Of a stretch of DNA of 64,000 nucleotides, positions 19,901-27,322 are shown in pieces. The position numbers and the translations under genes are program-made. The stretch covers positions 49,569 to 113,568 of IMG/VR virus record IMGVR_UViG_3300045988_121676. The stretch is one strand, 5' to 3'. The DNA comes from a virus. A model generated the notes under the pieces. The model made no database searches. It saw nothing but the letters and a program-made list of their open reading frames with translations, and had not been told where the DNA came from. How positions within the stretch are numbered: position 1 is the stretch's first letter; every line of letters starts with the position of its first letter.

Positions 19901-20377
19901 AATCTCAAACGCCTCAGTGTCTATGCCGGCACGTTCCTTATCATGCAGGCCGTATCTATGCTTCTTGCCGGATGGCGTGATGATGATGAAAACGAAGAAA
20001 GTTGGCTTACTCAATTTGGATCCTATGTCGGATTCAGAACCATAAACGAAATAGCTTCACAGATGCCGTTTATTATGGAGCTTAACGTGGTAGATATCAT
20101 TAACGATCCGTTTGTTATGGGGCGAAAACTGAAGGATCTTACCGATCTTAGGAATTATTCACTTGATAAAGTAACATCCGGTACATACAAGGGAGAGTCT
20201 AAGTTATTTAGGCAACTCGCCAAACAGACGTTTATCAAACAATGGTATAATATCAAGACGCCGGAAGACGTAGCGCGCGCCTATAATTGGTGGCAGCAGA
20301 CGAACAACAAGTCAATGATGTTCTTCATCGGCGCTACTCCTGATTCGGAAGGAGACGATGACGTTAGTTACAAATAG
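13955..20377 (+). CDS. giant protein (2140 aa), probable virion-packaged cargo/ejection protein
   Basis: 6.4-kb intact ORF; no DxDGD RNA-polymerase motif found by eye. Confidence 0.8.
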   Translation: MTSTCIIKRDNRKKVVSVSTRSGDRSMLFDKIASIPLMENRERATTVFKTVFSNKFLKAFGDWRKRVPINKQAYNKVKSNIYLIPEAYRERVLDKASKMSNPVLVSKSDAPYGIQESGFGFYSQDLGDNIMLVDAMVPSSISVPEGPGIDAGQYLQDAISSDFTPVFMVQDKGVNYMVIKDGLKIFSPEELPETDSNPVGVTYQTGEPRLFFMNDRNQLFEDYGEALRSGGNDIRIGFLSGTVQESTVDGVADITYKAGKYVLNNPKSFIPVMTASASTSLSTKGGIINYLIKKGLLSGSKIFDPETRSYYLTGEGHTGQIRLFNSALSYTELRNHFGSDVSMNDQGMITISSLDNSKVTMRLATGGTERVSKEQIKNDLKSGRYNELDAKYDHFDALVVSFILEDNDLYADTKAKIVSDYSRQERDQRNSIVEILKTLGVSVIGMTDYIEKYQTKYGHEPSAKALADIANNVIAVGEDATLSDLVEETAHFLVEAYRDQNAVEAVLQDVEGTEEWNQYAGQYYNTYGKVYEGAELDNAVRREILGKILAREMQTGTAQAPVEPTSFLGRVRQLFSGIVSWLKSALSTQRQDLNNVIKNIRDLAITDIDKGFDTSLLKDNDFTLYSLSSMNKNKFLESKIRSLRKTLRDLRQISSDRAVTTSMTLAQLKTIEDKINKVETEIDKNEMAAAMNSMISTAEAQVRYLSNVVNTILHGDTKDGKLHFNTNDRKNVDIINNQVLPIMNDLRGYIRNRSTEFDEREKQDYTNRINTVIADINGIQSDIKSVQDLDESTLLDKLMNELHVPADKVKRVKEFFDKVQHDVSWISRWFGILEHSSSPFNNALGAMIAKDNYNAMVNAQPAISDFLAYAKKHGFNKSEFEKLLQKVDGKTSNYLRSALDMAKYDRNKKLAQMRAFATAMNIEISEEEIGDVVDNNRNYVFKREVVDKDGNTVTENAKFKPSSDRVNTDIFTIEQEKIYTEQMEKWDAENSELEFSESYATRMESIYKKAEEELGHPVSQTTKEYLNALSRQKRILRQPFIDSGGNFDEVAYYKSSNYEEEGLLRKQRKEAASEYIYVGTRRVEKTGDQLKMAKEIQAINEVWRKESNNVTNAVSESFLERLRTIQRESGGEAALKTLMLGGHLSFNDRFWNDVESEQSARTESNNKASYLKMAHDIISSTTSDRDATDVDSIVKDIEKNKAIIKEIIGNNRDVADIGEINEATFTSSERDAFRAASEAIEADYAILIDYAKMVGLEDIDKYLTKSSKAENEVNQSYLNALADSKEVEWKFVQRHTTAKKAKRIQALRDKLFEAADNRYLFTVSETNYLSEKLGISKELDGRDFRNAVNAKMASLFLNNTREEGIEEANAIVNEFARSQVFSYYKRMAPTGYAAMIDKIGRGEIDVAQMVKDVQNGTSTQDYGMDISYLSFDPARAWVAESEAENSGRNPDYVKDHGYGHRMPKKSLYRDESYFNDFGIKYDADGNEVATKNVEQWNMIQKLKEIKRQSLDLYKEQSPNLYAIPQISKQDIERMEGLGINFKNTVRNFVSDLCLDRVDDSLYGKTRQGEVYDPEDRLRSIPKYYIYELENQDDVSHDFGYSYSMLMMQSSLYNEKQKSIELAQGLEQMLLNKQFEGGKKAEATQAYQMFRDFFNDHYYGIRMNTKKLTVNIGGYTVDLTRIMMAVERFMSVMNLALSPFVAATGALTGHINLIMESAVGQYISKDSLKYASAEFSRLAPSCIAETGDIDRKSKLYVIGERMGIFNIRNRMYGAGYNRVARTLMRSPMYAFMEILNYPLDPQVMIATMDNVRYYKGRFYTFQDFKMEKERNKEQSTIKREWNALKDRTLWSMVDVVDGKVVVKPGSGVTVEEVETQMAITRNQVRSLSQICNGSLNEENRTAASRNWIARFMTAHRGWLVLAAQRLWKRRGFNFQTMQEEEGLSITLKNMIAKTFSLASESGMKNIIDAWNENKDNMNEVEKTNLKRLSVYAGTFLIMQAVSMLLAGWRDDDENEESWLTQFGSYVGFRTINEIASQMPFIMELNVVDIINDPFVMGRKLKDLTDLRNYSLDKVTSGTYKGESKLFRQLAKQTFIKQWYNIKTPEDVARAYNWWQQTNNKSMMFFIGATPDSEGDDDVSYK

Positions 20378-20514
20378 ACGAAGAATATCGGACTTGCATT
20401 GTTTTTGTATGATTCCAATATGTTATATTAGCATCGTCAAAGAGTAGATTGTACGTTTTTTGTTCTTACTTGAAAGATTATGTAGGTTTAATTTTTTCTG
20501 AAATTGTTTTCTTA

Positions 20515-20557
20515 CCGGTTCTCAGTCAGAGATAATAGAGAACCGGTTTCTTTTATG
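20515..20557 (+). terminator. rho-independent terminator (ccggttctc/gagaaccgg + U-run)
   Basis: 9-bp perfect stem, 15-nt loop, tttcttttat, about 140 nt after the giant-gene stop. Confidence 0.55.
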
Positions 20558-20567
20558 TTGTCAATTA

Positions 20568-21211
20568 TTGCTATCTTGCAAACAAAAAATCATGAAACGA
20601 AGATTTCAAATAGGGATGGGGGTAAATCCCTCGCTTATAATCAATAAAGGCATATACATCCAACATGTAGATGGAGGATTATATACAAAAGAAAATTGGT
20701 CTAATAAAGGATATTCCAATGATCTATGCAATGGAATAGCTCTTGTAGATAAAGTGTGTTTTGTTATAGCCACCGAATATATTGGCACATTTCGTTGGGG
20801 TAAGGATGGAGAAATAGAAAATATATTTGCACAAGATAGTTCTCATATGGGAACTATTAAAAAGGATTATTGGGGGGCGTGAAAATCAGAATGCGTATCT
20901 TGAATATGATACCAGTAATACAGATTACGCTTTTAATAAAGCTAATAGCTATTTATTTAAAAATGGTCAAAATGGATATGTAGGTGGCGCCGGAGAGTTT
21001 TTTTTTGATATCATTGTATGCTAATGAAATAAACGAATGCCTTTTAATGGTAGGAGGTACGATAATGAGTAATAGAATGTGGACATCCACTCGAAATGAA
21101 AAATTTTCCTATTCGTGGTATTATGATATAAACATCCAAGGAGATCATTTGGATACAGGTTCAAGGGGTAGTTCACATTATGTCCGTCCTTTTACTGAAT
21201 TAATTTTATAA
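20568..21211 (+). pseudogene. possible frameshifted gene: three consecutive overlapping ORFs in frames 0/+1/+2 (20568-20882, 20827-21024, 20984-21211); likely start MKRRFQIG at ~20592
   Basis: ORF chain crosses all three frames within 640 nt; N-terminus MKRRFQIGMG resembles MRRRFENINTVAGG of the downstream gene. Confidence 0.3.
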
Positions 21212-21215
21212 AATT

Positions 21216-21665
21216 ATGAGAAGAAGATTTGAAAATATTAATACAGTTGCTGGCGGCAAGATCCCTGTTTTTGCTTGTTCGATTGTGGCCCCTACAACCA
21301 CATGGCGAAATCCTGTACCTATTCTTGGTTGTAGATACCGATCTAATGGAGCAACTATGGCGGCTTCCTATGTTTTAGATGAAATTAATAATAGCAAGGT
21401 ATGTACGATGGGCGGTAATCCTATAAATTGTACGATATCAAATTCTGGACAATATATCCAGGCTTACTTTAATGAAGGATCGGTAACAGGTGATATTATG
21501 TTACAGTTTACGATTAGAGACGTTTTTTATTATTTCTTTATTACAAAAGGACCCAATCAAGTACCTCAACTGAAATTAAGTCCAAGTACTCACCTTATTC
21601 ATTCAATATATAAGATAAGTACAATTGGCAGCTTTGTTCCTATTGACACCTATGTAGAATTATAA
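21216..21665 (+). CDS. hypothetical protein (149 aa)
   Basis: ORF; last gene of the + arm. Confidence 0.45.
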   Translation: MRRRFENINTVAGGKIPVFACSIVAPTTTWRNPVPILGCRYRSNGATMAASYVLDEINNSKVCTMGGNPINCTISNSGQYIQAYFNEGSVTGDIMLQFTIRDVFYYFFITKGPNQVPQLKLSPSTHLIHSIYKISTIGSFVPIDTYVEL

Positions 21666-21729
21666 TAAAAGATATAAAAATAGTACTAAAATGTATTAGT
21701 ATAAGATAAGACGGTTATTAATCATATAT

Positions 21730-21778
21730 TACAATAATCCCCAACCGTACACCTATTGTATGGCCGGGGATTATTGTA
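21730..21778. terminator. 13-bp perfect inverted repeat (tacaataatcccc / ggggattattgta), candidate bidirectional terminator between the convergent arms
   Basis: 13-bp arms, 23-nt loop, T-rich tracts on both sides. Confidence 0.4.
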
Positions 21779-22020
21779 GTTACCATCTTTTCTTGTAACA
21801 AGAATCCACTACCTTTACCTTTTCTTCTTTGTTCTTACCATAATTAAATTCATACGCATCTTCGAATGAATAAAAAACAGCATAACACGACATGCCAAAC
21901 ATATCGTATTTTATCCTGTTTTTCCATTTCCCAAAAATGTTTTGATATTGGCATCAATATTCTACTTCCCCATTAGTTAATTTCCTTTCAACTATTCTAA
22001 GAGGAATATGAAACAAGTTT

Positions 22021-22440
22021 CTAAGCATTAACTTCATGACCTTCCCTATCTGTGAAAACTAAACCAATACCTTCTACAATATATCCTACTACAGGAGCTT
22101 TGTCAAATTCCTCCTTCGTAGCCCAAGTAGCATTATCAGGCATCAGATCCTTGAATGCGTCCGAAACATCACCTTGGCACCAGCAGTTATTTGATACAAC
22201 AATGCCTTTCCCTTCGATATTGATATACATCTTTCTTCCACCACATCCAAGGCTGTTCCATCCGCTCGGTACGTTTTCCACCATAGGCTTAAGCACCCAG
22301 CTTTCACCGTCTATCCTAACCCATCCTGGATCGTCTTTGTGCTTGTCGTACATATTTTGCCAAAAAGAGCATTCGTAGCACCACCCCCTGTCTTCCATGA
22401 CAGTTCTTATCTCACACCTTTCAAATCCATCTGCATCCAT
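22021..22440 (-). CDS. hypothetical Cys/Trp-rich protein (139 aa)
   Basis: ORF abutting the TnpB right-end region; GWCYECSFW..CGGRK..CWCQGD. Confidence 0.45.
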   Translation of the reverse strand: MDADGFERCEIRTVMEDRGWCYECSFWQNMYDKHKDDPGWVRIDGESWVLKPMVENVPSGWNSLGCGGRKMYINIEGKGIVVSNNCWCQGDVSDAFKDLMPDNATWATKEEFDKAPVVGYIVEGIGLVFTDREGHEVNA

Positions 22441-22524
22441 CGTGTGCGGAGAATGAGGCTGGTGAGGGGTGCCACATTTTGGACATACGAGTTGGTAATT
22501 ATATACAAGTTTACACCTGTAATA
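22400..22524 (-). ncRNA. expected position of the TnpB right-end omegaRNA (reRNA) tail and guide-adjacent segment
   Basis: 84-nt non-coding gap after the tnpB stop, where IS605 reRNAs end; structure not verified. Confidence 0.25.
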
Positions 22525-23736
22525 TTAGTTAATAAATTTCTTAACCGGGTTATACCCAAACCCTGTATAGGGTGGCATTACTGCATCCCCTTTTACTTTT
22601 CTCATAATATTATAACTTCCGTTGACATCAGCGTTTAACAACACACCGTCTTTTGTCCTAAAGATTCCTCTTTTCAACCTTTTACCAACGTAAGTATTAT
22701 GATGACATACTTTCTCCAAATCATAAGAACTGCATTTTGACGTATGAGACTCATTTACTACAAAGAATCTTAGTCCTTGTCTTTCTGATTTGTACTTTAA
22801 CATTGATATAAAATCACCAAATGGGATAAAAACAAAATTCTGGTTGCTTCTCTTACCTATATTAACTTCCTGTTTCCATCCGTCATTATGACCTATTATC
22901 AATGTAGTTATATTATCTTCAACACAAATATCTATGATTTTTTTACTTGCTTTATGAAGATAATCCCTTACCTTGCTATTTCTTTTTCTTGTTAAAGACG
23001 CTAACCGTCTCGAATTTTTCTTGCCATTTACTTTCTCCAATTTACTTTGTAAAAACGAACGTTTCTTATTATAATATTGATTGATGGATTTCAACTTTCT
23101 TCCATCTATCAATACCGGTTTGTTACTAACGTTAGTAACAACAGAAGCAAGGTTATTAACACCTAAGTCTATAGACATTATCCTATTGTTGTCAACTTTT
23201 TGTTTTTTACAACAAGATTCGTAAACTAATTCAATAACATAACATCCTTGTCTTGGTATTATCCTAACTTGTTTAACACTACCTTCTTCACACTTTGTTT
23301 TTAAGGGAGGTAGTCCTTCTTTCTTAGGGAAATAAATATATTCACCTCTATGCCGTATTTGGGCATAAGAATAGTTAAAAACATTCCTGCCCTTTACCTT
23401 ATCCTTGTACTTAGGGAACTTAGGACATCCTGTGAATTTCTTGTTATCCCTTTTCCAAGCCTTAATAGAAGAGAAATAAGATTTTAGATTCTTATCTAAT
23501 CCCATCAATATCTGTTGTGAAGAAGATCCACTTAATGCCCTGAAATCAGGATTGTTTTCAGATACCATTTTCTTGTTAAGATCCGTACATCTAATCCACT
23601 TTCCTGTATTAAGGAACTCTTGTTTGATAACATAAAGTCCAGCATTATACAGGTTCTTTGACAAGAAACAGATACGATCTAACATCTTATATCTCCTATC
23701 ACCTTGGGTAATTATATGTTGTTCTACCAAATACAT
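22525..23736 (-). CDS. tnpB: TnpB (IS200/IS605-family OrfB, IS1341-like, no TnpA) RNA-guided nuclease
   Basis: 403 aa; RuvC-I IDLGVNNLA, zinc finger CSSYDLEKVCHHNTY, RuvC-III DVNGSYNIMRK; N-terminus paralogous to the 9284..9577 fragment. Confidence 0.9.
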   Translation of the reverse strand: MYLVEQHIITQGDRRYKMLDRICFLSKNLYNAGLYVIKQEFLNTGKWIRCTDLNKKMVSENNPDFRALSGSSSQQILMGLDKNLKSYFSSIKAWKRDNKKFTGCPKFPKYKDKVKGRNVFNYSYAQIRHRGEYIYFPKKEGLPPLKTKCEEGSVKQVRIIPRQGCYVIELVYESCCKKQKVDNNRIMSIDLGVNNLASVVTNVSNKPVLIDGRKLKSINQYYNKKRSFLQSKLEKVNGKKNSRRLASLTRKRNSKVRDYLHKASKKIIDICVEDNITTLIIGHNDGWKQEVNIGKRSNQNFVFIPFGDFISMLKYKSERQGLRFFVVNESHTSKCSSYDLEKVCHHNTYVGKRLKRGIFRTKDGVLLNADVNGSYNIMRKVKGDAVMPPYTGFGYNPVKKFIN

Positions 23737-23768
23737 GCTGCAAACATAAATAGAATATTTTAAATACG

Positions 23769-24002
23769 CTATTTATATTTCACGATCTTAATAGAATCTC
23801 CGATATTGTATTCCCCTTGGTATCCAACGAATTTTATAAGCCTATTATTATAAAATATTGAAATTCTTTCGTCTTCAGCATAATACATCACACGTTCACC
23901 CTGTAAAGGACGTAGATCATATATAACCCATCCGTCATTAACCTGATGATTATTTGAACATGATGATAATACTAATGTCATCAATAAAATAAAATACTTC
24001 AT
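23769..24002 (-). CDS. small lipoprotein (77 aa; MKYFILLMTLVLSSC lipobox); the track start at 24065 is probably too far upstream
   Basis: internal Met followed by a hydrophobic segment and an LSSC lipobox. Confidence 0.5.
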   Translation of the reverse strand: MKYFILLMTLVLSSCSNNHQVNDGWVIYDLRPLQGERVMYYAEDERISIFYNNRLIKFVGYQGEYNIGDSIKIVKYK

Positions 24003-24009
24003 ATTATTT

Positions 24010-24201
24010 TCAGCATAAAAATTTGTAACCAGGCTTAACTGCTTCCGCCTTTTCTTTAGTATCAAACATTAATATAGCAGTGGATTCCATACCCTCACAA
24101 AAGTAAGATACTTTTATTCGCCACTTAAAAACATCCGGGCCGTAATCATTATAATACGGCTCGGAAATAACTTCTTTCACGTACCCATATAAGTAATTCA
24201 T
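24010..24201 (-). CDS. hypothetical protein (63 aa)
   Basis: ORF in a tight co-oriented array. Confidence 0.35.
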   Translation of the reverse strand: MNYLYGYVKEVISEPYYNDYGPDVFKWRIKVSYFCEGMESTAILMFDTKEKAEAVKPGYKFLC

Positions 24202-24908
24202 GACACTTCCTTGTTTTTAGATTCTGCTTCTTCCAGTATGCTGATCACCTTATCAACAATATACGAATCAGACATCTTTTCAATAAAAACATCCATTGCC
24301 GAAGCTACCCTATCCGCTTCCTCTTTCGTAAGAGGGACCTCACCGCCGGTAATAATATCTGACAGCGAAACAGACAACCTTCTTATTTTATCGATACTCA
24401 TAAACATAAATGGGTTACCACCTTGTCCTCCACCCATTTCTTTCATAATCTTATACCCGTCAGAGATAAGTCTTCCAGAGGTAGTGGCCAGGCTGGAGAT
24501 AACGATAGCCAGGACCGCCACCTCCGTCCTCTCCTCCGACAGACCCTTCGACGACACGCCGGCTTTTATGGCGCCGGCCAGGTCGTTTATGTATGGCATG
24601 AGACAGTCTTCCATGACCTGTGTTATATCAGCAATAACCTCACTACGCTCTTTGTTTATGTAGTAGATAGAAGCATTGTACCTTTTTATCTCTTTGTCCA
24701 TCTCATTTAAAAAACGCTTAACATTATGTCTGTACATAGGACCGCTCTTAACCACTCCCTTCAGCTTAAGAATGTAATTATAAGCCTGGTCGTTTACGAA
24801 CAACGTCATGGTCTCAACCGTCGAATGAAGCGTGTTAAGACTGTTAAGAATCTTATCGAAATTATTTATCAAATAAGCTTTTCTGGCTTTTGCTGCATAG
24901 TTAATCAT
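24198..24908 (-). CDS. hypothetical protein (236 aa)
   Basis: ORF; 4-nt overlap coupling with its neighbours. Confidence 0.55.
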   Translation of the reverse strand: MINYAAKARKAYLINNFDKILNSLNTLHSTVETMTLFVNDQAYNYILKLKGVVKSGPMYRHNVKRFLNEMDKEIKRYNASIYYINKERSEVIADITQVMEDCLMPYINDLAGAIKAGVSSKGLSEERTEVAVLAIVISSLATTSGRLISDGYKIMKEMGGGQGGNPFMFMSIDKIRRLSVSLSDIITGGEVPLTKEEADRVASAMDVFIEKMSDSYIVDKVISILEEAESKNKEVS

Positions 24909-25431
24909 CGCATTTAAATTTTAGATTTTCAAGTTCATTCAATTGTTTCTTAGTAGACTCGATCAGGTACGTTCTCCGTTTCTCTGCATGTTTTAAAGCT
25001 TCTTCTTTGCTCTCAAAAGCATCCCTTCCTATTTCATAAGGAGTAAACCTATCAGGAATGTCGGCTAACAAAAGACCATCATACTCTTCTATCTTAGCTT
25101 TTACTTTTCTTATTATACCGTCTCTCATGCACGCATCTGTAATCCATATGAATCTATTATATTTTTCTAATTCCTTTTCGTACAATTCATACCATTCCGG
25201 CTTAGGAAATCTTAATGTGAATCTAATTTCGGTATCTTTCTCTAAGACATTAATCTCATACGCCTCCGGCCACAGTTCTTTTATGCTGTCTTCATCTTCA
25301 GCATACGCCACCAATACAAATGAATTACTGGATTCTGCACTACACCAATATGGATATTTTATAGGCCATTTGACTGGACGGTAGTCATTACCGCAGTCGG
25401 ATTTTTTAATGTAGAATCTTGCTCTAATCAT
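24901..25431 (-). CDS. hypothetical protein (176 aa)
   Basis: ORF in a tight array. Confidence 0.55.
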   Translation of the reverse strand: MIRARFYIKKSDCGNDYRPVKWPIKYPYWCSAESSNSFVLVAYAEDEDSIKELWPEAYEINVLEKDTEIRFTLRFPKPEWYELYEKELEKYNRFIWITDACMRDGIIRKVKAKIEEYDGLLLADIPDRFTPYEIGRDAFESKEEALKHAEKRRTYLIESTKKQLNELENLKFKCDD

Positions 25432-25438
25432 ATCGTTA

Positions 25439-25750
25439 TTAATCTAATAATTTTTCTATTTTAATTGATTTTGATGATAGATACATATTCCATGTTCCTC
25501 TGCCTCTATCACCTTTTTCGTTTTGTTTTTGTATTGTCAAGTACAGATCTCCGTCTTCACATACTTCAACTTTTTTCAAGAAGCCTATCATTTCATCTCC
25601 TGCTTCGTGTAAAATACGGATCTTATCTCCTTCTTTTAACCCATAATTGGAATCAAAATATTCTTTTTTGATTCTATCAATATTGTCTTTATGTTTTTTT
25701 ATAGCATAAAGCTCTTTTCTTAATAAATAATTTAGTTGTTCTATTGTCAT
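25439..25750 (-). CDS. hypothetical protein (103 aa)
   Basis: ORF. Confidence 0.5.
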   Translation of the reverse strand: MTIEQLNYLLRKELYAIKKHKDNIDRIKKEYFDSNYGLKEGDKIRILHEAGDEMIGFLKKVEVCEDGDLYLTIQKQNEKGDRGRGTWNMYLSSKSIKIEKLLD

Positions 25751-26292
25751 TTCTTTTCCTCCTTATTTAATGGTATTAATCCTTTCCCGTGCTTATCATA
25801 CCACAGCATAGCTATACAATTCCATGCACATTGTGCAAGATGAAAAGCTCCTGTATCTGAGTCTATTCTTTCCCCTTTCATGTATTCCATTAGGTGTCTG
25901 GCAGCCGCAGCACGATACCGTTCAAACCCGTTGTCAAGGTTCTGCCATTTATTGGGTCCGTACTTCTTTGCACCAGCATGATAGACTCTTACAATATCCT
26001 CAATCTCTTCCATTGGAAGCAAATCCCATCGTAGTTTGTCGTCAATGATGTCATTCTTTACCGACTTACTTTCTTTATTTTCAAAAAGAGTATTATCACT
26101 CTTAGATATATATTCAATTGGTATATCGAACTCCATACGACCTTCGTACGACAGTGTAACTTCTGTATCTCCTTTTTTGATATCCTTTTCACATGCAACC
26201 TTAAGTCCTTTTCTGGCTACTGTTACTTCACGAACATTAAGATCTCTGTTAAGAACTACATCGGTTCCTTTTTTAATAATAATATCGTCCAT
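25747..26292 (-). CDS. protein with a C-terminal dATP/dGTP diphosphohydrolase-like (DUF5664-type) domain
   Basis: DDKLRWDLLP..YHAGAKKYGPNKWQNL..RYRAAAARHLMEYMKGERIDSDTGAFHLAQCAWNCIAMLWY matches the phage dNTP pyrophosphohydrolase N-domain pattern, recognised from memory. Confidence 0.5.
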   Translation of the reverse strand: MDDIIIKKGTDVVLNRDLNVREVTVARKGLKVACEKDIKKGDTEVTLSYEGRMEFDIPIEYISKSDNTLFENKESKSVKNDIIDDKLRWDLLPMEEIEDIVRVYHAGAKKYGPNKWQNLDNGFERYRAAAARHLMEYMKGERIDSDTGAFHLAQCAWNCIAMLWYDKHGKGLIPLNKEEKK

Positions 26293-26328
26293 CTTTTATT
26301 TTGTTTTATCGTTATTTTAATTAACTGT

Positions 26329-26706
26329 CTAATAATATCGTCCATCATCTCCTACAAAGCGATCAAATTCTTCTCCGCTCATAACAATGCGGTTAATGAT
26401 AATTATGCCGTTATTGCTATAATTATCACTTTTAACTCCCATATCATCAAGCTCCTTCTTTAAGTCTTCAAATGTGGGACCTTTCTTGTCTTTAAAAAAT
26501 AAAGTAGCATGTGCAACCTTTCCGTTGTTTAGTTTTACCCTCACGGTATAGATATACCCTTTTTCCTCTTCATCCTTTTTGTTGACACCATCAAGGATGC
26601 TATTTATCATATCCTTGTCCTCACGTGATAGGTTGGATATGGCTATTCTGCCCTTTAATCTAAATATTTCGTTTTCGTTCATGACTTTCTGTTTTATTGT
26701 TTTCAA
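26329..26706 (-). CDS. hypothetical protein (125 aa)
   Basis: ORF. Confidence 0.5.
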   Translation of the reverse strand: MKTIKQKVMNENEIFRLKGRIAISNLSREDKDMINSILDGVNKKDEEEKGYIYTVRVKLNNGKVAHATLFFKDKKGPTFEDLKKELDDMGVKSDNYSNNGIIIINRIVMSGEEFDRFVGDDGRYY

Positions 26707-26965
26707 AATATTGTCTTACGGCTTCTATGGCTTTATCATCATCAAAAGCTTCTTCAAACTCCGTGTAGAACCTATCTCGCTCCATGCAGAATGTGTTTTT
26801 CCCTTCCGGTATAGGACGGAACACAACCACCCTCTCTTTGTCGTGATTGGTTCCTATTATGTTATTATCTAAGATAATAGAATACCTTCTTGAACTTTTG
26901 TTGATAACAACATCATGTTGAAGACCACACAATTTAAGTATTTCCCTTAATTCATTTGTTTTCAT
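26660..26965 (-). CDS. hypothetical protein (101 aa)
   Basis: ORF; 47-nt overlap with the downstream gene suggests the true start of the neighbour is later. Confidence 0.4.
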   Translation of the reverse strand: MKTNELREILKLCGLQHDVVINKSSRRYSIILDNNIIGTNHDKERVVVFRPIPEGKNTFCMERDRFYTEFEEAFDDDKAIEAVRQYFENNKTESHERKRNI

Positions 26966-27322
26966 TTATATTACTCCTTCCAAATTTACTTTAATAGAAC
27001 CATTTATGGTTTTAATGCTCCCATCTATGGTTGAAATCACATCATCTATATCATTTATAATACTTTCCATGTCATCAACCACCTCCTCCATATTAGTTAC
27101 AGCCTGATCTGATTCCCAATATCTTTCTGAGTCTTGTAACGATTCCGGTATATTATCTCTCGCCTCAGTCTCTTCATCTAAAATCATATCAACATCATCT
27201 TTGGCTGAATTTATGTTGTACTTCAACTCCGATAACTTTGATTTGATGTATTCAAAATCTGTTTTATACTTATTTACGTTGTTAATAACATCCGATATTT
27301 TTTTTCTTCTCTTGTTGTTCAT
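26966..27322 (-). CDS. hypothetical acidic protein (118 aa)
   Basis: ORF. Confidence 0.5.
   Translation of the reverse strand: MNNKRRKKISDVINNVNKYKTDFEYIKSKLSELKYNINSAKDDVDMILDEETEARDNIPESLQDSERYWESDQAVTNMEEVVDDMESIINDIDDVISTIDGSIKTINGSIKVNLEGVI

Noticed and set aside
13955-20377. Virion RNA polymerase call for the 2140-aa protein (and the >1398-aa protein)
   Set aside because: No DxDGD/NADFDGD-type catalytic aspartate motifs were found by eye (only DADGN). It is left as cargo or structural.
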